This document shows, piece after piece, positions 14,628 through 26,520 of a DNA stretch of 64,000 nt (position 1 is its first letter; the number at the start of each line of letters is the position of its first letter). The position numbers were made by a program, and so were the translations under genes. Source of the DNA: Eledone cirrhosa (lineage: Eukaryota). Under the pieces are notes generated by a model that was not told where the DNA came from, did no database searches, and was given only the letters and a program-made list of their open reading frames with translations. The stretch spans positions 5,146,001 to 5,210,000 of the forward strand of contig OZ024763.1 of the NCBI GenBank assembly GCA_964016885.1. The letters are read 5' to 3'.

Positions 14628-14676
14628 ATATATATGTATTTATATATATATGTATGTATATATATATATATATATG

Positions 14677-14746
<70 letters not shown>

Positions 14747-14941
14747 TGTATGTATATGCATATATATGTGTGTATATATATGTGTGTATATATGTGTGTA
14801 TATATGTATATATAATCAGATATGAGTCTGTGTGTGTGTGTATGCATATATAAATATGTGTGTGTGTATTATATATATATATGTGTATATATATATATAT
14901 AAGTGTGTGTGTGTGTATATATGTATGTGTATATATATGTG

Positions 14942-14978
<37 letters not shown>

Positions 14979-14990
14979 ATGCGTGTGTAT
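12873..14990. repeat. Compound (TA)n/(CA)n/(TG)n microsatellite field
   Basis: Direct inspection. Confidence 0.95.
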
Positions 14991-15120
14991 TATATATATA
15001 TGTGTTCAGGAGTATGTGATTGTGGTTTTATGAATTGTTTACACACATATATAAATAATATAGAAATGTCCATTTCCCCTGTCCAGATAGAAGAGGGGGG
15101 TGAGACTGGGAGACAGACAG

Positions 15121-15162
<42 letters not shown>

Positions 15163-15163
<1 letters not shown>

Positions 15164-15340
15164 ACGAAGGAGTTGTAGTAAGTAACCAGATGGACCATAA
15201 TGCACCAGAGTACTCAATACTTAGGGTAATAGAGTGGGTAATAGGAAAAAGTATGACCCCGACGGCAGAGGAAATAGTCTAGAAATAGCCATCGAAAAAC
15301 GGCTTGAGCTCTGCCGTCGGGGTCATACTTTTTCCTATTT
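15163..15340 (-). mobile_element. Fold-back hammerhead-associated element, family A
   Basis: Body is the reverse complement of 17895-17998. Inverted repeat about 15240-15270/15310-15339. Flanked by (TA)n. Confidence 0.8.
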
Positions 15341-15353
15341 ATATATATATATA

Positions 15354-15697
15354 ATAATGAAATGACAGGAGGCTGGATTTGTGTAAATCCTTGAAAGGTT
15401 TATTATACTATGATCATTTCAATGACCGGGTTCCGTATGAATCCGGTGATATCATCAGGTATTCGAAATATAATACGTGAATGTAATAGATAAAATCCAT
15501 GGGGCTGAAAATCAAGGATTTACACAAATCCAGCCTCCTGTCATTTCATTATAATATTTAACTCCGTAATAGCACCACCAACTACAAAAACAAAGATGGT
15601 TGAACTGCCTTATGTTGAGTACTCTCTATATTATTACATTACGATTGACCATACGGAATAGACCAGCTCTATACAGTGGTAAACCTCAAACCTGAAT
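15354..15697. mobile_element. Penelope-like pLTR remnant with a 41-bp perfect inverted repeat
   Basis: Arms 15354-15394 and 15512-15552. The hammerhead lies in the spacer. (TA)n flanks. Confidence 0.7.
15405..15462 (-). ncRNA. Minimal type-I hammerhead ribozyme
   Basis: Minus strand: ATAC-CTGATGA-TATCACCGGATTCATACGGAACCCGGTCATT-GAA-ATGATCAT-A-GTAT-AATAAA. Stem I ATAC/GTAT, stem II ACCGG/CCGGT, palindromic stem III. Confidence 0.8.
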
Positions 15698-15709
15698 ATA
15701 TATATATAG

Positions 15710-16100
15710 CTTACCTAAATACATAGTAAAACCTACTACAGCCAGTAGGCATCTCTAACAAAATACACCCCCGTCCCACCACCTACACCCCATCCACATA
15801 ACCCCCTCCTATGTAAAGTTATGTTGGTGCCACAACATCCAGGCCGAAACAAATGAGATCGTGTAGGTGTCACGACAAAAAAACACACAGTCCACGCTGT
15901 AATGTGGCCGTGTAGGCAACACGGTAAAAACCTCCCAGTCCCACACTGTAAATGTGGTTGGTGTTAGGAAGGGCATCCAGCTGTAGAAAACCCGCCAGAC
16001 AGTCCTATGCGAGCAATGACAACCACTCTTGCCTCAAGTGGGAAAACCCCCGTCCAAACCCATGCAAGCGTGGAACACGGACGTTAAACGTTGATGATGA
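15710..16100 (+). mobile_element. RTE LINE 3' UTR copy
   Basis: Near-identical to 7761-8157. Confidence 0.9.
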
Positions 16101-16383
16101 TATATATGAGATTGGGAGAGAGTTATAGCGTGTGGCTGCCATGGAGTATATATAAAAATGCGGAGAGCAAGAAATGATAGTTTCTATGACTGTTGTGTTG
16201 GTTAACATCAAATTAGTAAGCATAGAGCAACACTTATTTCCTATTACTGATATAGGAAGTGTCTATAGGGTTTTAGAGACAGGGACAGATAGACAAGGGG
16301 CTGGGGAGAGAGGTGGTGACAAGGTACTGCCAGGTGACTAGACAGCAGAAGTTAACTGGGTATGTGTGAGATTATTATAACTT

Positions 16384-16411
16384 ATGTATATACTTTATAT
16401 AAACTATACTG

Positions 16412-16446
<35 letters not shown>

Positions 16447-16634
16447 ATATTTATATATATATATATGTATATATGTATATATTTATATATATGTATGTAT
16501 ATTTATATATATATGTATATATATGTATGTATATGTATTTATATATATATGTATATATATATATATATATATATGTGTATATATATATGCATATATACAC
16601 ACGCATATTTTAGAAATATGGACAGTAGCATGTA

Positions 16635-16677
<43 letters not shown>

Positions 16678-17035
16678 CATACATACACAGTATAGTTTTA
16701 CCTGTTAGAGAGAGAAAAACAGGTGAAGTTAAAGTTAAGCTAAAATCCATTCAGTCCTCATATATACATATATATGTACATATATATGTGTACATATATA
16801 TGTATATATATATGTATATATATGTACATATATATACATATATATATATATATATGTACATATATATGTACATATATATGTATATATATATGTATATATA
16901 TGTATATATATGTACATATATATATATATATATATGTACATATATATGTACATATATATGTATATATATATATGTACATATATATGTATATATATATATG
17001 TGCATATATATGTATATATATATGTATATATGTGC

Positions 17036-17106
<71 letters not shown>

Positions 17107-17159
17107 CACATATATATATACATACATATATGTGTTTGTGTAAATATGTATATATGTGC

Positions 17160-17198
<39 letters not shown>

Positions 17199-17245
17199 CA
17201 TACATATATATATCTATCTGTTTGTGTAAATATGTTTATATGTGC

Positions 17246-17308
<63 letters not shown>

Positions 17309-17329
17309 TACATATATATATATATATAT

Positions 17330-17426
<97 letters not shown>

Positions 17427-17427
17427 A
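16384..17427. repeat. (TA)n/(TG)n microsatellite field
   Basis: Direct inspection. Confidence 0.95.
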
Positions 17428-17780
17428 GCATTGTGGCCCTCAACAACATACAATAAAACAGTGTGAAATGTTCTGTTTGCCTTCTTCACCCTCCACAGCC
17501 ATCAACACAGTAATATCACTCTAGAAGGGACATTCCAAAGATTTTTAGAAAGATGATATCTATAGTTTTTTTGATATTTAAAAATAGCTACAACAAATAA
17601 CCTGTGTAGGGGTCTGTGTTCTGGTCTGGGTAGGGGACTGTGTTATACAGTGAAATAAATAATCAAGGATTCCTTTATTGCCGAGGTTAACTTTGCCTTT
17701 CATCCTTACGGGGTCGATAAAATAAAGTACCAGTAATACACTGAGGTAATTGCTAGCCTTGTGCCAAAAGTAGAAACAAT

Positions 17781-17818
<38 letters not shown>

Positions 17819-17821
<3 letters not shown>

Positions 17822-17996
17822 CCAGTAAGACCCCGACGGCTGAGCTCAAGCCGTTTCGACGGCTAATTCTGGACCGTCGAAACGGCTTGAGCTCAGCCGT
17901 CGGGGTCTTACTGGTTCCTATTACCCACTCTACTACCCCAAGTATTGAGTACTTTGGTGCGTTACGGTCCACCTGGTTCCTTACCACTTTTCCTTC

Positions 17997-17998
<2 letters not shown>
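17819..17998 (+). mobile_element. Fold-back hammerhead-associated element, family A
   Basis: Perfect 44-bp inverted repeat 17819-17862/17874-17917. GAA-ACGGC-ttgagctca-GCCGT-C motif. (TA)n on both sides. Confidence 0.8.
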
Positions 17999-18031
<33 letters not shown>

Positions 18032-18080
18032 ATAAATTAATCCTTTATTTTATATATATATATATATAAAATTAATCCTT

Positions 18081-18120
<40 letters not shown>

Positions 18121-18458
18121 ATAAATTAATCCTTTATTTTACATATATATATATCATCATCACCGTTTAACGTCCGTTCTTCCACGCTAGCATGGGTTAG
18201 ACGGGTTGCCCTGTTGTGGGCAGTGTCCGGTCGGCTGACCATGCCTTGCTCATACGGGAACTGATTCTGGCTTGATTTCTACAGCTGGATGCCCTTCCTA
18301 ACACCATTTATATATATATATATATATATATATTGATAATTGTTTCTACATTTGGCACAAGGCCAGCAAATACCCAGTACATTACTGGTACTTTATTTTA
18401 TCGACCCCGTAAGGATATATATTGATAATGTAATCCTTTATTATATATATATGTATAA

Positions 18459-18643
18459 GGGCAGTGGATTGGCAATATGGGTAGAGGGTTTGACGCCATG
18501 CTTTCCAGCATAGTTACGTGCCTTTATGATCTGAGTTCAAATCCCGCCGAGGTTGACTTTGCCTTTCATCCTTACGGGGTCGATAAAATAAAGTACCAGT
18601 AATGAACTGGGTAATTGCTGGCCTTGTGCCTAAAGTAGAAACA

Positions 18644-18645
<2 letters not shown>
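18459..18645 (+). mobile_element. Full-length SINE family 1 copy
   Basis: Same sequence as 2112-2305. A partial minus-strand copy lies at 18335-18415. Confidence 0.9.
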
Positions 18646-18674
<29 letters not shown>

Positions 18675-18686
18675 TATGTTTTTATA

Positions 18687-18736
18687 ACAGGCTGAATGAG
18701 TTGGGGTGCATAACCCAATGAAACTTAAGTACCTGT
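18687..18736 (+). ncRNA. Minimal type-I hammerhead ribozyme with a 1-nt core insertion
   Basis: ACAGG-CTGAATGA-GTTGGG-gtgcataa-CCCAAT-GAA-ACTTAAGT-A-CCTGT. All three stems form. Confidence 0.8.
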
Positions 18737-18971
18737 ATATGTCCCTGTTGTAACTATCTATACTTAACTCATCCTATGGACTGAGTGCTCTTACGCTTGG
18801 ATATTTCTACCTAACTTCTTGTACTACAGCATATATATATATTCGAAAGAAACCATCAGAAGCCATTTCTGTATTCAATACAATGTTTACACTCTACTAA
18901 TGTATTGAGTACCTCCTAACTGTGTTTACCCACGATTGAACCCAAGACACACACACACATATATATATACA

Positions 18972-19277
18972 GCTCCCATGAGCTTTGGAAACATATTTTT
19001 ATGCTCAGAGTTGCTGAGGCATGGAACAAACTCCCTGCATCAGTTGTTAGCTGTCGAGACACTGCATCCTTCAAAACTTCCATACTTCCAGAAATTCCCC
19101 AACACTACACCTGATATTCCCCTCCATACACATGCACACATGTCTGTGTGTATATCATGACTCATACACTGTTCACTTTCCTGAATTTTGTACATTATTC
19201 TATGTACTATGCATGCACTTTTGATGTGTTGTAGTGCACCTGAGCACTGTACAGAATAATTTTCATTATTATTATTA
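18972..19277 (+). mobile_element. CR1-clade LINE 3' end
   Basis: Encodes ...RVAEAWNKLPASVVSCRDTASFKT (CR1-type RV..WN.LP..VV motif) and ends in (ATT)n. Other copies at 20590-20845, 25259-25328 and 48247-48372. Confidence 0.8.
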
Positions 19278-19645
19278 TCTAAGAAAAGCAGCCATATGAA
19301 CAATGATGATAATGAGTTATATTAAGATGAAGTACAACAAATCGTCTGATATGTTGTTCCAACTGTAGTTATAACCACAATACAATGCTGGTGATGATAG
19401 GATATGAAATGAAAACCTTTTCAGTCTGTTGTTTAAACAAATGTCTGCTGAGTCAACAAGGAAACCATTATACAGTTATTTAATCTGCAGCAAATAGCAG
19501 ACAAATTTCATTTAAATCACACCCTACCATCTTAAAAAAATAGTGATGTGATTTCTAATTTAAGCACACGGAGAGGGGAAAGTAGATTTTATTGACCCCA
19601 GTACATAACTGGTGGAGGTCTGTGGCCTAATTTTAAGGGTGTAGG

Positions 19646-19788
19646 CAGTGCCAGATTTAAGACAAATGAGGCCCCTTATTTGGGCCCTGAAGGGGGTAAA
19701 ACATTTTTTTGGCAGGAAGATGGGCCCCTCCTGGTCAACGGGGCCCTGTGCTTAAGCACACCTAAGCACAATGGTAAATCTTGCACTG
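19646..19788. mobile_element. Short hAT-like MITE inserted in the head of a family 2 SINE (19613-20020)
   Basis: 14-bp TIR CAGTGCCAGATTTA / TAAATCTTGCACTG with 1 mismatch. SINE sequence resumes after it. Confidence 0.7.
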
Positions 19789-20318
19789 GGTAAGGATGTT
19801 GGATTTACGATCAGAATGTCATGGGTTTGATTCCTGGGCTGGTTTGTGTGTTGTCTTCTTGAGCAAAACACTTCATTTTCATGTTGCTCTATTATACTCA
19901 ACTGAAAATGAGTACCAGCAGTAGCTGGGAGTTTAACCCTGTGATGGACTAGCGTTTTGTCCAGGGGTGAGTCTTGTACTCTCATTTACTTCATGCCACA
20001 AAACTGGGATAAGCCTCCTGGTTGGTATAAAAAAGTGTCAACACATACACTGGAGCCTAATCCAGGAAAGAAATATGATAATTTGAACTGAGGGAGTGGG
20101 GATACTTTATTTATTAACCAAAAGGCAAAGTTAATAATGCTATACATTCATAAAATTACTGTTAAATGTCATAACATTTCCAGGATGAGATAAATGTTTG
20201 TCTGAGGGAAAAAATGAAAGAAATAAAAATCATAAATCAAATCTCGGTAGCCATGAGCCCTAATAGTCAAGTTCCCTACAGAATTTATTTAAAAAATTTT
20301 TTTTTTGGTTCCTTAAAG

Positions 20319-20484
20319 CCGTGGTTCCCAAAGTGGGTTCTGCAAAGGAGTGTTTGGGGTTCCATGAAAAAGGTAGAGGAGTATATTTATATTACAACCA
20401 TATAACAATATTAGACTTTGGGGTTCCCCAAAAGGTTTCTGAACAAAAAAGGGTTCCACATTTGAAAAAGTTTGAGAAACCCTT
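20319..20484. mobile_element. hAT-type MITE (degenerate)
   Basis: ccgtggttcccaaagtggg ... aaaagtttgagaaaccct termini, like those of 7509-8270. Confidence 0.6.
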
Positions 20485-20589
20485 TCTTAGAAGAAGAGGG
20501 ACCGTTCTAAGGAACCTTTACAGAGCCTCTTTGACTTGTATTCAGGGTTTATAAGAAGGATGTTTAGCTAGTATATTAGCATGGCACAA

Positions 20590-20845
20590 ACTAGCTGCAT
20601 CAGTTATTAGCTGTCGGGACACTGCTTCCTTCAAAACTTCCATACTGCCTGGATTCGCCAACACCACACCTGATATTCCCTTTTCATACACATGCACACA
20701 TGTGTATGTGTCTATATGGATATCATGATTCATACACTGTTCACTTTCCTGACTTTTGTACATTATTCTATGTACTATGCATGCACCTTTGATGAGTTGT
20801 AGTGCACCTGAGCGCTGTACACAATAATTTTCATTATTATTATTG
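20590..20845 (+). mobile_element. CR1-clade LINE 3' end
   Basis: Homologous to 19035-19277. Confidence 0.8.
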
Positions 20846-21962
20846 TTATATCAAGAGTCAAAAAAGCAAATGGAGGCTTTGTGAATATCTAATGCCTGCT
20901 CCTTGCTCCTAAAATCAAATCTGTCAGGTTTTTTTTAATTTTGAGAGGTGCTCCACCCCAACCCTGTGGAAGCGAAGGGGAAAGTAAGGGATATGAAAAC
21001 AGTCATGCTCTGCCTTGCTAAATTGGCTCTCATTAGGCCTTACTTGGGTGTAATGAAATAAAACAGTACTTTCTAAAGTAATTCAGTGTTGTCTTACATA
21101 ACTTGTGTTGTGGTTTGGAGGCAGGGAGGTCAGTAAATGAATACTAGAGGGGGTCAGTTAAATTGAACTACACCTCTTGCTTGATATTTGAAACTTTAGG
21201 ACCAGGGCAGAACTAGCACCTGTTGAAGGCCTAATCTATACGAAATTTGATACACCTTTCTCTAAAAAAATATAATTTATATCTTTTATATTAATGTTAG
21301 TGATAAAGAATATATATATAGGGTGTGTGGCCCTACGTTATGGTTTATTTAGCTTATAGGTAAGTCCAGCACTGAGTACACTGAGGCCCGCCTGTAAAGT
21401 GGTCATATAGGTGTCACAAAAGAATAATACACAGTCCACATTGTATGGTGCCATGATAAAAGGTACCCAGCACACACTATAAAGGGGTCGTTTAGGTGTC
21501 AGGACAAAAAGACACCAGGTCCATGTGTGTATATATATGTGTGTGTGTAAATCTGTATGTATGTGTGTGTGTATGTATATATACATGTATGTATATATGT
21601 ATGTGTGTCTGTCTGTCTAATACTGAACAACTTGTAAAATAAACTCTCCTTGTCAATCATTTTGCTGTAAAATCTTTCTTAAAACCTGGCACAGTAAACT
21701 GATAAAAAAATCCAACAAAACATAAAACATTTGAAAGTTAGTTGCTAGGAAATGTTGAAGGATTTGACAACATAAGCTCATGTATAATCTTTTTGATTAC
21801 CAACTGTAAGGAGTACTCGATAGTTCCCTTAGTCTGTCATGGCTTACTAGCTCTATACGGACATTTAAATTTATTAAATACATAAATAGATATTGTTTGA
21901 ATGTTGTGGAATTAATTTAAAGGGGTCTCTTAAAACATTCATGCAAAGTTCCCTGTAGAATC

Positions 21963-22250
21963 TAAAGTCTGTCTTAAGCCCGGAGTCTCATCACGCAGGT
22001 GTTTATCCTGGTTTCTGTGGCATAAAGCAGAAGTGACAGAGTACAATACTCCCCCTGGACAGGACGCCAGTCCGTCGCAGGGTTAAATCCCCAGTTATTG
22101 CTGGTAGTACTCCTTTTCAGCTGAATATACTGGGGAAACATGAAATGAGATGTTTTGCACAAGAACACAACACACAGCCCAGTCCGGGAATCGTACTCAC
22201 AACCTTATGATAGTAAGTCCAACACACATACCACCTGGCAACACACCGCC
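21963..22250 (-). mobile_element. SINE family 2 copy
   Basis: Reverse complement of the 12121-type sequence. Confidence 0.85.
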
Positions 22251-22849
22251 ACTCTTCTCCATTCTTTTTTCCTAAGACATTCTAACTAAATGTCTGTAAT
22301 ATCAGAACTGTGATCTCTCAAACCTGTCCAGTGATTCTTTCCTGAGACATTTTAACTAAATGCCATTAACAATTTTAAATAAAATAAAATTTTATTTATT
22401 TTACTTTTTTTTTCTATGAACTATACTACACTCTTAGGCTGGGTTGAAGTTAGGATGACAAAAAAAAAAAAAATAAAATAAATGGTTTAGCAGGTGCTCA
22501 GCATAAACTAGTGACATGAGCTACAAGTCAAGGACTTAGTTGGATGTTTTACAGAATCAACTGACTTGGCATATCAACACATCATCAGACCTTGAACTAC
22601 AAACTTCAATTATTCTTCTGTTTTACTGTCTTATCATCATATATTTTATACACTACATAAGCCATTATTATATTGTATTGCTCTCACTTTGGCCGTCACC
22701 AACCCAGGTTTTTTTAAACCATAGCTTCTTCTTCTTCATGGTAAAAAAAATGTCTTTGGAAATTATTTATTTTCATGCATTTCCCCCCTCTTCATTCCCC
22801 CACTCCTCTCTGTGTAATTTTTCTGTGACATTGTCTCAGAATAGATAAT

Positions 22850-23280
22850 TTTCTTTTTATTTGCCACCAGGGCATCAAAAAGTGGGACAAGTACAATGGG
22901 GGGGGGGGGAGTTTACATAACAAGGCGTCCTCAATAAGGAGGAGGCAATAACAAAATATAAAAATAAAATAAAATATAACAAGATAAAATTTATAACAAA
23001 ATCCTCAATAGGGAGGAGGCGCCTTGGGGGGTCGCACACACCCCCGAAAAAAAGTGTGCAACCCTTCTCCTCAGGATCACAGAGAGGGGGTGCTCCCTTG
23101 GTCTTTCATCTTCCTCACCTATAGTCTGATGTAGAGTGAAGGCCCATTCACACGGGCCATTCTCGCCACTTTCCACCCATCTTTCATAAAAATGGCTGGG
23201 GTGCAGCACCTCTCTCTCCATCCTGATCCTTCTTCCGAAATGATATCGGAAGAAACGGACCAGTTGTTGGCCAGAGAGAT
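22850..23280 (-). mobile_element. L1/Tx1-clade LINE 3' end (ORF2 C-terminus plus 3' UTR)
   Basis: Minus translation LSGQQLVRFFRYHFGRRIRMEREVLHPSHFYERWV, then after a frameshift KVARMARVNGPSLYIRL*, with an F..RW-type C-terminus. T-rich UTR ending AATAAAAAGAAA. Confidence 0.65.
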
Positions 23281-23469
23281 CTCAGAATAGATAGATAGAG
23301 AGATGGATATCTAGATAGATAGGTAGGTAGGTAGGTAGGTAGGTAGGTAGGTAGGTAGACAGATAGACAGATATGGAAGAAGAGTAGAAATGAGAAGAGT
23401 GTAAGAGAGGTCTAATACTAATCACAATAGACAATAGTATTTGTATTGCTGTCTGACATGACTTCCTAC

Positions 23470-23920
23470 TCCTCCATCAGCACCACCATACCACCACCAC
23501 TACTACCAGTACTACCACCACCATCAACACCTCCATTACCACCACCACCACCTCCATCAGCACCACTACCAGCACTACCACCACCACCAACACCGCCATC
23601 ACCACCACCATACCACTACCACTACCAGCACCACTATCAGCACCACCACCTCCCCCACCCCCATTACCACCACCATACCACCATACCACCACTACCAGTA
23701 CTACCACCACCATCAACACCTCCATTATCACCACCACCACCACCACCACCTCCATCAGCACCACTACCACTACCACCACCACCACCACCAACACCTCCAT
23801 CACCACCACCACCATACCACTACCACTACCAGCACCACTACCAGCACCACTACCAGCACCACCACCTCCCCCACCCCTATATCACCCCCACCCCCATTAC
23901 CACCACTGCCACAACCACCA
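23470..23920. repeat. (ACC)n-rich low-complexity repeat with an internal duplication of about 190 bp
   Basis: Direct inspection. Confidence 0.85.
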
Positions 23921-24228
23921 GGTGTTTGCTGCTTTTTTTTCTGTTTTTTTGTTTGTTTGTTATTGTCTTATTTTAGTAGATTCAAGTGGAACTTTATCCT
24001 GAAATACCATTCCTGAAATGAGGAATAAATAATTGGATAAACAAGTACCCCCCCCCCTCTCTCCATTCGCCATCAGCCACCCCTCCCCTTCCCAGTCACC
24101 CAACTCACCCCCTCCCATCATCAGTCCCCACCCACCCACCCCAATAAAACAATATCCAGCTTGGCTCTGTATAATTTAAAAATAATTTTAACTGAAGTAG
24201 CTTAAAATATTAATTTCAAGTATTGAAA

Positions 24229-24413
24229 AGGCGGTGAATTGGCAGTATCGGTAGAGGGTTGGACGCCATGCTTTCTAGCATAGTTACGTCCCTTTACATT
24301 CTGAGTTCAAATCCCGCCGAGGTTAACTTTGCCTTTCATCCTTACGGGGTCGATAAAATAAAGTACCAGTAATGTACTGGGTAATTGCTGGCCTTGTGCC
24401 TAAAGTAGAAACA
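24229..24413 (+). mobile_element. Full-length SINE family 1 with a 19-bp TSD
   Basis: TSD attaatttcaagtattgaa at 24209-24227 and 24414-24432. Confidence 0.95.
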
Positions 24414-24741
24414 ATTAATTTCAAGTATTGAATTGTTTTAGTATTCGACATCTGTTTGTTGTCTGAAATGTAGAGAATTCAGTGGTAAACTGCCCCAGCC
24501 CCTCTCTCTCTCTCTCTCCCAATAACTTACCCCATTATTGAACGCCCTGGGGGTAGATATATTGTCTTTAAAGTGTTGAAATATCCGAGACCCCCAGGAG
24601 ATAACTGACAAGGAAAACTCCCCCACACCCGTTCTTGCTTTCTTCTTTCTCTCATTTCATTTTTAAGCCTAAGTTAACTAGCAACTACACAGCCACCATA
24701 TATATATATATATTTGTGTATATATATATATGTATGAGTGT

Positions 24742-24781
<40 letters not shown>

Positions 24782-25044
24782 GTATATATATGTATGAGTA
24801 TATATATATATATATATATATTTGTGTATATATGTTTGAGTGTATATATATATATTTGTGTATATATGTTTGATGTATATATATATATTTGTGTATATAT
24901 GTATGAGTGTATATATATATATATTTGTGTATATATGTATGAGTGTATATATATATTTGTGTATATATGTATGAGTGTATATATATATATATTTGTGTAT
25001 ATATGTATGAGTGTATATATATATATGTGTGTATATATGTATGA

Positions 25045-25084
<40 letters not shown>

Positions 25085-25296
25085 GTATATATGTATGAGT
25101 GTATATATATATATTTGTGTATATATGTATGAGTGTATATATATATATTTGTGTATATATGTATGAGTGTATATATATATATATTTGTGTATATATATAT
25201 GAGTGTATATATATATATTTGTGTATATATGTATGAGTATATATATATATATATATGAGATGAGTTGTAGTGCCCCTAAGCACTGTACACAATATT

Positions 25297-25360
<64 letters not shown>

Positions 25361-25361
25361 T

Positions 25362-25408
<47 letters not shown>

Positions 25409-25464
25409 GGTGTTGGATGTTTAAAGCATCTGTATGCAGTAGACCATATGAGCACTCGATACCC

Positions 25465-25640
25465 TCACAGAAAAAAGAGAATCAGTGTTGAGACGAAAGG
25501 AATTTATTAGACATATTACAATTGTTTCTCGGGCGACCAGCTGGAGGTACGATCGATATGGTGATCAAACCTCCGAGAAGCAATTGTAAAATGTCCAATA
25601 AATTCCTTTCATCGCAGCACTGATTCTATTTTTTCTGTGA
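25465..25640. mobile_element. Fold-back element with hammerhead 3' half
   Basis: Arms about 25465-25532/25573-25640. Minus strand GAA-ACAATTGT-A followed by AATAAA. Confidence 0.7.
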
Positions 25641-25741
25641 TATATATATATGTAGGAGGTGAGTTTTATTGTAGTACAATAAAGCAATGCAGATATCGGA
25701 TAAGAAGCACTCTACAGTTTGTAGGACTGGAGTATACATAA

Positions 25742-25927
25742 TATATAAGAACAAAAGATGGTTAAAAGAGTTCTATGTATTTTATTATGCGCATTTCAAA
25801 AACAAACATCATCATGCAATAATATTTTCTGATGAAAACACAAATATTATTGCATGATGATATTTGTTTTTGAAATGCGCATAATAAAATACATGGAACT
25901 CTTTTAACCATCTTTTGTTCTTATATA
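25742..25927 (+). ncRNA. Hammerhead ribozyme core inside an 86-bp fold-back repeat
   Basis: CTGATGA at 25829-25835, 14-bp stem II, GAAA at 25872-25875, palindrome ATGCGCAT, A, then ATAAAA. Confidence 0.75.
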
Positions 25928-25928
25928 T

Positions 25929-25965
<37 letters not shown>

Positions 25966-25968
<3 letters not shown>

Positions 25969-26102
25969 GAAGGAAATGTGGTAAGGAACCAGGTGGACCA
26001 TAACGCACCAAAGTACTCAATACTTAGGGTAGTAGAGTGGGTAATAAGTCCAGAATTAGCCGTCGAAACGGCTTGAGCTCAGCCGTCGGGGTCCCACTCG
26101 TT

Positions 26103-26140
<38 letters not shown>

Positions 26141-26274
26141 GAAGGAAATGTGGTAAGGAACCAGGTGGACCATAACGCACCAAAGTACTCAATACTTAGG
26201 GTAGTAGAGTGGGTAATAGGTCCAGAATTAGCCGGCGAAATGGCTTGAGCTCAGCCGTCGGGGTCCTACTCGTT

Positions 26275-26279
<5 letters not shown>
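25966..26279 (-). mobile_element. Two tandem family A elements separated by (TA)n
   Basis: 25966-26106 and 26137-26279 are nearly identical. Each is a minus-strand body plus an inverted GAAAC..GCCGTC segment. Confidence 0.85.
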
Positions 26280-26311
<32 letters not shown>

Positions 26312-26520
26312 CGTTTCTGAATTTGTTTAGCAAGATTCTTTATCTGAAAACGTGTGTTGAAACCGATATTGTTATACTTTGGGAGGGTCATGTTGCCAAT
26401 AAGAAACACACGCACCAGTTGCTTTCACTTCAATTTATTATAAATTAAATTTATAAATTTAGGAATTTATAAATTTCCGGTTGGTTGGTTGATTCCACAA
26501 CCAGATGATTGTTCATATAT

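Noticed and set aside
12713-17524. Many long YI/HT/VC-rich ORFs (also 38285-39741, 47108-47874, 60801-61768)
   Set aside because: Translations of dinucleotide microsatellites, which lack stop codons by composition.
23114-23221. Minus-strand first coding exon ending in a GTGAGG donor
   Set aside because: Better explained as the frameshifted C-terminus of an L1/Tx1-type LINE followed by its 3' UTR.
23446-23976. Proline-rich/extensin-like ORF (also the His/Gly-rich ORFs at 39742-40535 and Thr-rich 27788-28174)
   Set aside because: Trinucleotide repeats with no supporting splice or domain context.
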